NCBI GenBank assembly: GCA_963737655.1
Contig: CAVTTN010000002.1
Span: 2,272,001 to 2,336,000, forward strand
Length of the DNA: 64,000 nucleotides
Source of the DNA: an uncultured Planctomycetota bacterium
GTDB lineage: Bacteria > Planctomycetota > Planctomycetia > Isosphaerales > Isosphaeraceae
Direction: 5' to 3'
The notes beneath the pieces are model-generated. The model was not told the DNA's origin, searched no databases, and worked only from the letters and a program-made list of their open reading frames with translations. The translations under genes and the position numbers were made by a program. Of the stretch, positions 17,575 to 28,900 are shown one piece after another. Position 1 is the first letter of the stretch, and every line of letters begins with the position of its first letter.

Positions 17575-18667
17575 GTGAACGCCCCTACCTCGTCTTCTCC
17601 GCTTGCCTCGCTGTCGCGAATCCTCCATGACCATTTCTTCCGCTTGCTCCTCGCGTCTTACGCGGTCGCCGCGTTCTTCCCCGGACCCGGCCTGGCGATC
17701 CGAGATTGGGGGATTTCGTGGGGTTCGACGCGAGTCTCCTCCCCCGCCTTGATGCTGGGGTTCCTCCTGTTCAATGCCGGGCTCGGGGTCCGGGGATCGG
17801 AGACTCCGGGGGCTGGCCCGGCGTCCGGGGCCGTTGCTCGCGGGATTGGCCGCGAACCTGGCCGTGCCGATCGTCTTCATCGCGGGGGTTTCCCGCGTGA
17901 TGGGCCTCTGGCATAACCCGGAGGAGGTGCGGGTCATCCTCCTCGGGCTGGCCCTGGTGATCTCGATGCCGATCGCCGGTTCCTCCACGGCCTGGGCGCA
18001 GAACTCCGACGGCGACGTGGCGTTGAGCCTCGGCCTGGTGGTCGCCTCGACGTGCCTGAGCCCGATCGCCACGCCTCTGGCGCTCCATGCCGTCGGGTTC
18101 CTGACCTCCGGCGGACCTGCCGAGGAGATCCATGGCCTGGCGGCTCGGGGGACCGGCGGATTCCTCGCGGCGTTCGTCCTGCTCCCGGCCCTGGCGGGGA
18201 TGGTGCTCCGGGCCGTTCTGGGCGAGGCGAGGGCCGCTCGGATCCGCCCTCCCCTGAAGCTGGCCGGCTCGCTGAACTTGCTGGTCCTGTGCTTCTCGAA
18301 CGCCTCGGCGGCGCTCCCTCAGGCGATCTCCCGGCCGGACTGGGACTTCCTCGGCGCCATCCTGATCATCACGGTGGGTCTCTGCGGCCTGGCGTTCGGC
18401 ACCGGCTGGCTCCTGGGCAGGCTGCTCGGGCTGGAGGCGCCGGGACGGGCGTCCTTGATGTACGGCCTGGGGATGAACAACAACGGGACGGGCCTGGTCC
18501 TGGCCTCGATGGCCCTGGCCGGTCGGCCGGGCGTCTTGCTGCCGATCATCGTGTACAACCTGGTCCAGCAGGTGGTGGCGGGGGTCGTCGGCGCGAGGTC
18601 GAAGCCGAGGCCGAAGCCTCAGGGGGAGCCCTCGCCGAGCGGGGCCGTCCTGGCGATCGCCCGGTAG
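17575..18667 (+). CDS. bile acid:sodium symporter (BASS/SBF) family transporter; frameshift near 17800
   Basis: LLFNAGLGV in frame A; GLAANLAVP, SMPIAGSSTAW, GMNNNGTGLVLA and YNLVQQ in frame B; many hydrophobic helices. Confidence 0.82.
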
Positions 18668-18678
18668 ATAAGCGGGAT

Positions 18679-18721
18679 CTTAGGATCGCTTCACCGGGGA
18701 TTCACCGGCGACCGGTACTCT
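18679..18721 (+). promoter_or_regulatory. putative OmpR-family-activated promoter of the PepSY-RR-HK operon
   Basis: CTTAGG/TTCACC/TTCACC at an 11-bp period (18679, 18690, 18701) and -10 TACTCT at 18716. Confidence 0.55.
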
Positions 18722-18789
18722 GAGGCAAGCCCCGGCGGACAAACCGTCCGGGCGAGTTCGGATCTTCAGGAAGGAATGGGAGAACTCTC

Positions 18790-19278
18790 ATGAGCAAATT
18801 CGCAGGACCGATCGCCGGGGCCGCCCTGATCGCCCTGGTCGCCTCGGTGACCCTCGCTCGGGCCGACGACCAGAAAATCCCGCCCGAGAAGCTGCCGGCG
18901 GCCATCACGAAGGCCGTCAAGGCCAGGTTTCCCAGGGCCGAGATCACCTCCGGCTCGAAGGAGGTCGAGGACGGCAAGACCACCTTCGAGGTCGAGCTCA
19001 AGAGCGAGGGGGCCGAATACAGCGTCTCCCTGAAGGAAGACGGCACGATCACCGAGATCGAGAAGGAAATCGAGCCCGCGGACCTCCCCGCCGCCGTCCT
19101 CAAGGCCGTGAAGGAGAAGTACCCGACCGGCACCCTGAAGGAGGCCGAGGAGGTCACCGCCGGCGCGAAGACCACGTTCGAAGTCATGGTCAGCGTCCCG
19201 GGCAAGAAGAAGATGCGTGAGATCGCACTCGACAAGGAGGGTAAGATCCTGTCGGACGAGGAAGAGGACGAGGATTGA
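18790..19278 (+). CDS. periplasmic PepSY-like (beta-lactamase-inhibitor-like) protein
   Basis: Signal peptide and two LPAA(I/V)xKAVKx(R/K)(F/Y)P repeats. Confidence 0.85.
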   Translation: MSKFAGPIAGAALIALVASVTLARADDQKIPPEKLPAAITKAVKARFPRAEITSGSKEVEDGKTTFEVELKSEGAEYSVSLKEDGTITEIEKEIEPADLPAAVLKAVKEKYPTGTLKEAEEVTAGAKTTFEVMVSVPGKKKMREIALDKEGKILSDEEEDED

Positions 19279-19385
19279 CAGTCGAGGTTCGCGAGGTGAG
19301 CGGCTCCCCCTCCCTCCGCCGGTGAGGGGGGCCCCGAAGCCTCCAGCTCGGAGGACTGGCTCGAACCCGAGGAGGCCCGACCGCG

Positions 19386-20078
19386 ATGGGCATCCGCCTC
19401 CTGATCGTGGAAGACGAGGACGCGATCGCCGATTTCCTCGTCCGAGGGCTTCGCGAGGAAGGGTTCACCGTCGAACGGGCCTGCGACGGCGACGAGGCCC
19501 TCGCCGCGTTGCGATCGGGCGAGTGGGACCTCGTCGTCCTCGACTGGTGGCTCCCCGGTCCCGACGGCCTGGACGTCCTCCGCCGCTTCCGCGCCCTGGG
19601 ACGTGAGACGCCGGTCCTGTTCCTCACCGCTCGCGACGCCGTCAGCGATCGCGTGAAGGGTCTGGACTCCGGCGCCGATGATTATTTGTGCAAGCCGTTC
19701 GCCTTCGACGAATTGCTCGCCCGGGTGCGGTCCTTGACCCGCCGACGGACCGGCTCCGCGAGCACCACGATCGCGCGGGGAGACGTCAAGATCGACCTGG
19801 CCACGGCCAGGGCCGAGAGGGCGGGGAAGCCCCTGGACCTGACCGCGAAGGAGCAGTCGCTGCTCGTCTTCTTCGTCCGCCACCCGGGACAGGTGCTCTC
19901 CCGAACTCGGATTTATGAGAATGTTTGGGATGAGCGGTATGACGGCTTGTCGAATACCCTGGAAGTTCACGTGATGGAGCTTCGCAAGAAGCTGGAGGCG
20001 CTCGGCCCGAGGCTGATCCACACGGTCCGAGGCCGCGGCTACCTCTTCGGCGAGCCCCCGGGCGGGGGCGACCCATGA
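19386..20078 (+). CDS. OmpR-family response regulator
   Basis: LIVEDE, LDWWLPG, FLTARD, GADDYLCKPF receiver motifs; winged-helix LTAKE...LEVHVMELRKKL...IHTVRGRGY. Confidence 0.95.
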   Translation: MGIRLLIVEDEDAIADFLVRGLREEGFTVERACDGDEALAALRSGEWDLVVLDWWLPGPDGLDVLRRFRALGRETPVLFLTARDAVSDRVKGLDSGADDYLCKPFAFDELLARVRSLTRRRTGSASTTIARGDVKIDLATARAERAGKPLDLTAKEQSLLVFFVRHPGQVLSRTRIYENVWDERYDGLSNTLEVHVMELRKKLEALGPRLIHTVRGRGYLFGEPPGGGDP

Positions 20079-21500
20079 CGCTCACCGGACGGGTCTCGGC
20101 GTTCTTCCTCGGGGCGTTGGGCGCGGTGCTCGTGGGGTTCTCGGGAGGGGTCTACGCGCTGGCCGCGATGGCGATCCGCCAGCAGGCCGACGAACGGCTC
20201 GGCGCGGCGCTCGCCACGCTCTCGGCGGCGGCCGAGATCTCCGAGAAGGGCGTCGAATGGGAGCCCCAGGAGCGGTTGCTCGCCCTGGGGACCGATTCGG
20301 GGCCCGAGGCCGTCCGCTGGGTCGTCCGCGGCCCTCGGGCGCGGTCGTCGATCGCTCCCCGAACTGGAATTCCAGGCGATTGCCGCCCGATTCGCCGTCG
20401 AGTCCCGAGGCGTCGCGGATCGTCGGGACCGACGGCCGGGGCTGGCGGACGAGGTCGGTCGAGCTCCGGGCCCCGAGGTCGGCTTCGAACCCTCCGCTCC
20501 GTTCCGGCGGGCCCTGGTGATCGAGGCGTTCCTGCCGATGGACCCGAGCGAGGCGACCTTGCGGCAACTGGCCCTGGCGCTGGCGGTCCTGGCCGGCTCG
20601 ACGTGGGGCGTGGCGGCCGTCCTGGGTCGATGGTTCTGTCGTCGGGCCCTCTCGCCGCTGACGAGGATGGCCGAAGCCGCGAGGCGGGCCGACATCGACG
20701 GCTCCGGCCCCCGCCTGCCGGTGCCCGACGGCGGCGACGAGCTCTCCGGACTCGGATCGGCGTTCAATGACCTGCTCGATCGCCTCCGCGAGGCGCTCGA
20801 CCGCCAGAAGCGGTTCACCGGCGACGCCTCCCACCAGATCCGCACGCCGCTGGCGGCGCTGATCGGGCAGGTCGAGGTGGCCCTCCGCCGCGAGAGGCCG
20901 CCCGAGGAATACCGCCGAGTCCTCGCCACGGTCGGCGAGCAGGCCGCGAGCCTCCGCAGGATCGTCGAGGCCCTCCTGTTCCTCGCCAGGGCCGACGCCG
21001 AAGGGGACCTCCCGGGCCGCGAAACCCTGGACCTCGCCTCGTGGGTGCCCCGACGGCTGGAAGGCCGCACCGACCGGCCCCGATCGGCCGACGTCCGGTT
21101 CGTCGATCTGGGGTCGGGCCCGGCGATCGTCTCGGCCCCGCCGGCCTTGCTGTCCCAGGTGATCGGCAATCTCGTCGAGAACGCCGAGAAGTACAGCGAC
21201 CCGGGTTCGCCGATCCTCGTCGGGCTGGAGAGGCGGGATTCTCGGGTCGTCCTGAGCGTGGAGGACCGGGGCCGCGGCATCCGTCCCGAGGACCTCCCGA
21301 GGATTTTTGACCCCTTCTTCCGCGCCGCCCCGAACCGCAGGAATGACCCCGGGGTCGGCCTCGGGCTGTCGGTGGCCCGAAGGATCGCCGAGGCCCTGGG
21401 AGGGTCGCTCTCGGCCCAGAGCCGTCCGGGGCAGGGGAGCCGGTTCGACCTGCGATTGCCGGCGGCCCCGGGTGGCGACGAGGCCCCGCGAATTCCGTGA
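20075..21500 (+). CDS. HAMP sensor histidine kinase; two apparent -1 frameshifts (~20340, ~20515)
   Basis: TM1 in ORF 20075, sensor segment in the frame of ORF 20257, then TM2/HAMP, H-box ASHQIRTP, N-box NLVENAEKYS and G boxes in ORF 20517. ATG overlaps the response regulator stop. Confidence 0.88.
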
Positions 21501-21592
21501 GTGGGTGATTGACTGGCACGATCGGGCCGTCTAGTCTCACGCAACGGTCAAACTTTTTTCGATCCGACTCCTCGTCGTCGAGGCTCCCTCAC

Positions 21593-22633
<1,041 letters not shown>

Positions 22634-22685
22634 GTCACCCGTCGGGCCCGCCCTCGCGGACCTCTTCGCCCCCGGAGCCCCGCCC

Positions 22686-23579
22686 GTGGCCAACCGCTAT
22701 CTCGACCCCGAGGGACTGGCCCGCGTCGGCAACATGGAGCTGGTCGCGAGGCAGGTCGTCGAGGGATTCCTCACCGGCCGCCATCGCAGCCCGTTCCACG
22801 GCTTCTCCGCCGAGTACCTCGACCATCGCGCCTACACCCCGGGGGACGAGATCCGCGCCCTCGACTGGAAGATCCTGGCGAAAACGAACAAATATTACAT
22901 CAAGCTCTTCCACGACGAGACGAACCTCCGCGCGACGATCCTCCTGGATTGCTCGAAGTCGATGGACTTCGCCGGGACCCCGGGGGGCATGACGAAGCTC
23001 CAGTGGGGCAGCTACCTGGCGGCGGCCCTGACCCATCTGATGCTCCGGCAGAACGACGCCGTGGGCCTCATCATGTTCGATACCCAGGTCCGCCATGCCC
23101 TGGGCCCCAAGGCCCGGCCCACGCAGTTTCGGCGAGTCCTCGACCTCCTCGAAGACGCCCGACCCGGAGGCGAGACGGACCTCGGGACGATCCTCCACGA
23201 GGCCGCCGAGCGGGTCCATCGTCGCGGCCTCCTGATCGTCATCAGCGACCTGATCGACGACGCCGAGCGGGTCGCCTCGGGCCTCCAGCACTTCCGCCAC
23301 GACGGCCACGAAGTGATCGTCTTCCACGTCCTGGACGACGCCGAATTGACCCTGCCGTTCGAGGGCCTCACCCGGTTCAAGGACGCCGAAGGCGCGGGCC
23401 GCGTGGTGGTCAATCCCAAGGGCCTGCGGGCCCGATACCTCGACCGGATGAAGGCGTTCCTCGATCGCGCCAAGACCGATTGCTTCGAACGCAACATCAG
23501 CTATCACCTCGCGAACACCAAAGAACCCTACGATCACTTCCTGGCCTCGTACCTGGAGAAGAGGTCGAGGCTGGGGTGA
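22686..23579 (+). CDS. DUF58 (vWA-like) protein
   Basis: HRSPFHGFSAEYLDHRAYTPGD, DWK, ETN, LDCSKSM and ISDL. Confidence 0.93.
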   Translation: MANRYLDPEGLARVGNMELVARQVVEGFLTGRHRSPFHGFSAEYLDHRAYTPGDEIRALDWKILAKTNKYYIKLFHDETNLRATILLDCSKSMDFAGTPGGMTKLQWGSYLAAALTHLMLRQNDAVGLIMFDTQVRHALGPKARPTQFRRVLDLLEDARPGGETDLGTILHEAAERVHRRGLLIVISDLIDDAERVASGLQHFRHDGHEVIVFHVLDDAELTLPFEGLTRFKDAEGAGRVVVNPKGLRARYLDRMKAFLDRAKTDCFERNISYHLANTKEPYDHFLASYLEKRSRLG

Positions 23580-23611
23580 GGCCCGCGATCCCGGACCCCC
23601 GAGGGCCAGAG

Positions 23612-25831
23612 ATGGATTTCCTCCACTACGCCCTGCTCGGCTTCCTCCCGCTGGCGGGGCTGCCGATCCTCCTGCATCTGCTGACCCTCCATCGCCTGAG
23701 GACCGTCGAGCTGCCGACGTATCGGTTCCTGTTCGACAGCTACGTCCAGCAGCGCCGGAAGATGCAGTTCCTCGAAGCGTTGCTGGCCCTCCTACGGACG
23801 CTGTTCCTGCTCGGGCTGGTCGCGGCGTTCGCCCGTCCGGCGGCGAAGACCTGGGCGGGATTGTTCCCGGGCGGCTCGGGACGCGAGGTCGTCCTGCTCG
23901 TCGATGGCTCGGCCAGCATGAACGCGAAGGCGAAGGGGCTTTCCGCGCTCGACCGGGCCAAGGACGTGGCGCGATCGGTGGTCGCAACCCTCTCCGCCGA
24001 GGACCGCGTGGCCGTGGTGAAGGTGGCCGATCGGCCCGAGGAAGTGGCCCGCAGGTTCGTCGGCGACGGCAAGGCGGTGGTCGAGGCGATCGACGGCCTT
24101 TCTCCGGGGCCGAGCCGCGCGAACCTGTTCGCAGCGATGGCCGAGGTCTACGGCTCGACCGCCGGGCGATCGAGCCGGCCCACCGTCTACGTCCTGTCCG
24201 ATGGCCAATCCGGCTCGTGGCGAGAGCTTCGCGACCCCTCGGCGTCTCGGCTCGTGCCCGAGGGGGCGAAGATCGTCGTCGTGAACGTGGGCGAGCCGAA
24301 CCCGCCCGCGAATCGCGCCGTGATCGGCGACCCGCCCGGCAAGGCCCGGGCGGTCGTCGGCCTGCCGGTGACGCTCCGCCCTCGGGTCATCGGCGACGCG
24401 AAGGGGGACGAGGCCTCGGCGACCCTGAGCGTCTCGCTCGACGACAAGGAGGTCGCCCGCCTGCCCGTGATCCTCAAGCCGGGCGAGGCGATCGTCAAGA
24501 AAGTGGTGTACGTGCCCGAGGCATCCGGGACGTTGCGGGGCCGGTTCGAGGTCTCGGGCAAGGCCCCGGACGGCTTCCCCGACGATGATTCGTACCTGTT
24601 CACGCTCACGGTCGATCCGGCGGTCAAGGTGTTGATCGTCAACGGGAATCCATCCGCCGATCCGTTCGAGGACGAGGCGCTCTACCTGCGGACCGCGCTC
24701 TCGGCGCGATCGGGCGAGGGTTCCGGCCCGCTGGCGGCCCCCCTGAAGTCGCTGGACGTCCGCGAGACGCCCGAAGGCGGCCTGAATCCCGACTCCCTGC
24801 GCGATGCGGCGGTCGTGATCCTGGCGAATTGCGGGGGGCTGAACGCCCAGCATTTCGCCTGGCTCCGCGAATTCGTGAACGCGGGGGGCGGCCTGCTGAT
24901 CCTGCCCGGAGACCGGGTGAATCCCGACGTGTACAACACGCAGTTCTTCGCCGCGCCCGGCCCGAGCAAGGAGAAGATCACCGGCGTGACGCTCGGCCCT
25001 CCCGAGGGCGACCCGGAGAAGGCGGAGACGTTCGAGCGGCTCTCGACGGTCGATTTCGCGCACCCCGCGCTCTCGGTCTTCGACTCCCCGGACGCCCGAT
25101 ACCTCCGCTCGGCCCACTTCGGCCGGCGATTTCCCCTGAATTTCCCCGACGGCAAGCCCGTCGGCGCGTGGCCCCTGGCCGTATTCGCGTCGGGCCGCCC
25201 GGCGCTGGTCGAGAGCCGGTTCGGCTCGGGGATCGTGCTCGTGTCGGCGTTCCCGGCGAACGCGAAGTGGTCGAACCTGCCGCTCAAGCCCGAGTTCGTG
25301 CCGTTGGTCCTGAGGCTCGCCGGATATGTGCAAGGGAGGCCCGAGCTGGACGTCCCGGCGACCGTGCCCCCCGACGGTCGGGCCGAGATCGGGGTGGCCT
25401 CGGCCTGGTCGCCCGCGACCGGGACCGTGACCGACCCCGGCGGCAAGCCCTCGCCCCTGGCGTTCGAGCGCTCGAACGGCCGATGGATCGCGCCCTATGA
25501 TCGGACGGAGCATCGCGGGTACTATTCGGTGGAGGTGAAGGGCGGGAAAGTCGAGGCGCCGAAGGCGGGATCGGCGGCCTTCGCCGTGAACCTCGCGCCC
25601 GAGGAGTCGCGGTTCGCCGCGATCACCGAGGCGCAAATCCGCCAGGCCCTGCCCCGGGCCGACGTGTCGTTCGTGGACGCCTCGGCCGAGGCGCAGAGGG
25701 CCGAGGGGAAGATCGGCGAACGCAAGGAGGTCTGGCGGGGGCTCATCCTGCTCCTGTTCGGGATCATCGGCGTGGAATTCCTGCTCGCCACGCTCGGGGG
25801 TAAGGCGTCACCGTCTCCCTCGGGTGCATGA
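23612..25831 (+). CDS. BatA-type N-terminal double-TM + vWA + GATase-like domain membrane protein
   Basis: LPILLHLL...LLRTL...FARP (BatA N-terminus), MIDAS DGSASM, LSDGQ, DDD, LIVNG, FAVN..PEES and a C-terminal TM (EVWRGLI...VEFLL). Real start is internal to ORF 22949..25831. Confidence 0.88.
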   Translation: MDFLHYALLGFLPLAGLPILLHLLTLHRLRTVELPTYRFLFDSYVQQRRKMQFLEALLALLRTLFLLGLVAAFARPAAKTWAGLFPGGSGREVVLLVDGSASMNAKAKGLSALDRAKDVARSVVATLSAEDRVAVVKVADRPEEVARRFVGDGKAVVEAIDGLSPGPSRANLFAAMAEVYGSTAGRSSRPTVYVLSDGQSGSWRELRDPSASRLVPEGAKIVVVNVGEPNPPANRAVIGDPPGKARAVVGLPVTLRPRVIGDAKGDEASATLSVSLDDKEVARLPVILKPGEAIVKKVVYVPEASGTLRGRFEVSGKAPDGFPDDDSYLFTLTVDPAVKVLIVNGNPSADPFEDEALYLRTALSARSGEGSGPLAAPLKSLDVRETPEGGLNPDSLRDAAVVILANCGGLNAQHFAWLREFVNAGGGLLILPGDRVNPDVYNTQFFAAPGPSKEKITGVTLGPPEGDPEKAETFERLSTVDFAHPALSVFDSPDARYLRSAHFGRRFPLNFPDGKPVGAWPLAVFASGRPALVESRFGSGIVLVSAFPANAKWSNLPLKPEFVPLVLRLAGYVQGRPELDVPATVPPDGRAEIGVASAWSPATGTVTDPGGKPSPLAFERSNGRWIAPYDRTEHRGYYSVEVKGGKVEAPKAGSAAFAVNLAPEESRFAAITEAQIRQALPRADVSFVDASAEAQRAEGKIGERKEVWRGLILLLFGIIGVEFLLATLGGKASPSPSGA

Positions 25832-25929
25832 AGTGCACCGATGAGCGGAGGGCGAGGCCCGCCATCCTTTGTCGTCTCCTTCCCGGATCATTCGAAGCGA
25901 GTCGGATCGGTGCATCTCATGCACCCTAC
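25822..25929. repeat. degenerate copy of the GTAGGGTGCATG MITE/REP-like element
   Basis: gggtgcatgaagtgcacc ... ggtgcatctcatgcaccctac; shares gggcg..gcccgccatcc with the 29672 copy; contains the TGA of the upstream gene. Confidence 0.7.
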
Positions 25930-25940
25930 GGAGGATGGCC

Positions 25941-28900
25941 ATGCTCACCGATGCGAAGCCCGAATCGCCGCCGGACGCGTCCCCGATCTTCCGGGCCGTG
26001 CGGCGGACCCGCGCCGTCTTGCGGTCGAGCTGGGTCGCCACCGGCCTGGGGCTGGTCGTCGGGCTGGGCCTCGGCACGCTCTGCGCCGTGACCTTGACGG
26101 ACCTGATGGCCCCGTTGTGGCCGTCGTTGCGGCTCGTCGGCCTGCTCGCCATCGCCGTGCCGACGGCGGTCCTCCTCGTCTGGAAGGTGCTGATCCCGCT
26201 GGTTCGCCGCCTCGGAGCCATCGCCGTGGCCCGGCGGATCGAGGCGCGACTGCCGGGGATTCATAACCGATTGGTGAGCTGCATCGACCTCTCCCGGCCC
26301 GAGAGGCGGCGCGAGCGGTCCTCCGCGTTCTATGCGAGGCTCGTCCGCGAGGCCCGCGAGCGCGTCTCGGCGTTCCGTCCGCTGTCGATCGTCGATTGGC
26401 CGAGGCTCCGGCGGTCGCTCCTGTTCGCCGCGGCCAGCGTCGCCGCGTTCTCGGCGGCGTTCGGCCTGTTCTCCGACCGCCTCCCCACGGCGATGGCCCG
26501 GATCTTCCGCCCGTTCGCCGACATCCCGCCGGCCACCGGCGTCGAATTCTCCGTGAAGCCCGGCGATGCCAGGGTGCTCCGGGGTGACGAGATCCCCTTC
26601 GAAGTCGTCGTGACGAAGGGCGAGCCCGACGACCTCCGCCTGGAGCTCCGCCGCGACGACGGCCAGGGCGGCACCCTCTGGTACGACCTCCGACGGGCCG
26701 GGCCGAGGGCCTGGTCCCTCCGCCTGGCGGGGTTCGAGGGCTCCTTCTCGTACCGAGTCCACGGCGGAGGGACGTGGAGCCGCCTCTATCACGTGAACAT
26801 CCTGGAGCGGCCGGCGATCGTCGAGCTCCACACGGTCCTCCACTACGCGCCGTATCTCGGGATGGGCGAGCCGAAGGTCGGCCCCCCCCAGGTGGCCGAC
26901 GTGACCGGGCCCGAAGGATCGGCGGTGGAGGTGGTCGTCGAGGCGAGCGGCGACGTCAGCGAGGGGGCGATCCAGTGGCTCGACCCGACGACGACGAGAG
27001 TCGCCGTCGCCGACCGGGCGGAGAGGCTCTGGCAAGGCCTGGAGTTCATCCCCGACAACGTCTCCGCCGAAGGGACCTGGCGATGGGACTTCAAGCTCCG
27101 GGCCCGGCCCAGCCATTTCGACCCGGCCCAGGGCGGGCTCCACGGCCATCACCTCTCGAACCTGCCGGCGGGCTTCCGCGTCCTGCCCGGGGAATCGTTG
27201 TTCGCCTACGTATTCATCCCGCCCGACAAGAAGCCCGACACGCTGATGCTCCAGTTCCACGACGGCCAGTCCTGGGACCATCGGGCGTTCTGGGGCGAGG
27301 ACAAGATCCCGTTCGGCACGCCGGGCTCGGCCGGGCGGCGAAGGCTCGGCCCCTTGCCCGAAAGCGGCGGCTGGGTCCGGCTGGAAGTCCCCGCGAAGCT
27401 GGTGGACATGGAGGGCAAGGACCTCCGGGGGATCGGCTTCGACGCCGTGGGAGGGGAGCCGATCTGGCACCGAGCGGGCACCGTGCCGGCGGCCCATGTC
27501 GAGAAGGCCGGGTTCGTCGTCGCCCGATCGTTCCCGATGGAGCCGACGAGCGACGGCCGATGGTCGGGCCGGTTCCCCCTGGAGAAGTCCGGGGCGTACC
27601 GGGTCGAGCTGAAGAACGAGATCGGCGCCGCCAACCGGCCGATGAAGGAAGCGAAGGTGGTGGCGATCCCGGACAATCCTCCGCAGGTCGTCCTGGAGAA
27701 GCCGGGCGCCGACCTCGTCCTCAGCGAGCCGATCAAGGTGCCCCTGGTGGTCTCCGCCTTCGACGATTTCGGCCTCGCCGGGGTGTTCGTCGCGGTGCAG
27801 AAGGGGGACTCGGGCGGGTTCGTGGGGCGGCCGATCAAGACCTACGACGCGCCGGTCCGCAACGACATCGCCGTGGCCAGCCTGGACCTCCCCTCGATGG
27901 GCCTCAAGCCGGGCGACTTCCTCCGGTATCGGGTCGAGGCGCGCGATCGCAAGGGTCAATCGGCGCAGACCAAGGAGTACGTGATCCGGATCGCCAACGA
28001 CGGCAACTCGGCCGACAGGCAGCTCGCGAACTTCGAGAAGACCCGGGAGGCCGTCGAGCAGAAGCTCGCGAAGCTGATCGACGACCAGGCGAAGGTCCGC
28101 GAACAGGTCAAGGCCCTGGCGACGAAGGCGGCCCCGCTGAAGGAGAAGATCGCGGAGTCCGCCCGGGCCGCCGATCCGAAGCCCTCGCCCGACGCCCCGC
28201 CTCCGGCCGACAAGCCGCCCGCGAACCTGGACGCCGAGACGGCGAAGGGCCTGGCGGAGGTCCGCCAGGAGATGGCCCGGATCGCCGGCCAGGAGGAGCA
28301 GAACGCGAACCTCGCCGGGCAGGTCGCCAATGACCTGAAGGCCGCCGCCGAGAACGCCGAGGGGCAGGCGATGCTGCCCCCGCAGGTCGCGGAGGCGCTC
28401 CGCGACGTCCAGACTACGTTCCAGAAGGCCGCCGCCGAGCCCTTGAAGGGCCTCACCGACGCGATGAAGGCCGGCGCCGACGCGAACCACGCCGCGCCCG
28501 ACGTCCCCGCGATGGAGGCCGCCGCCGGGCAGGTCCAGGACGCCCTGGAGGCCACCAGGGCCCGGCTCGACGCCCTCGCCCGAGCCGAGGACGCGATGAA
28601 GGACGACGCCGGCAAGGCCGTGGCCGAACTCCAGCGCGAGAAAGCCCGGCTGGAGGCGGTTCTTTCCGCCAAGGAACTTGCCGACCTGAAAGAATTCCTC
28701 GAAAAGATGCGCGAGCAGATGAAGGCGCTGGAAGGGGACCAGCAACAACTGCTCGAAGCCACCAGGACGGCGCCCGACATCCTCCTGCCCGACGTGAAGG
28801 CGAAGCAGGGCGACCTCGAGAAGAAGGCCGGCGCCGAGATCGAGAAGGCCCGCGAGGTCCGCGAGAAGGGCCTCGCCTCGAAGAAGGCCGAAGACCATGC

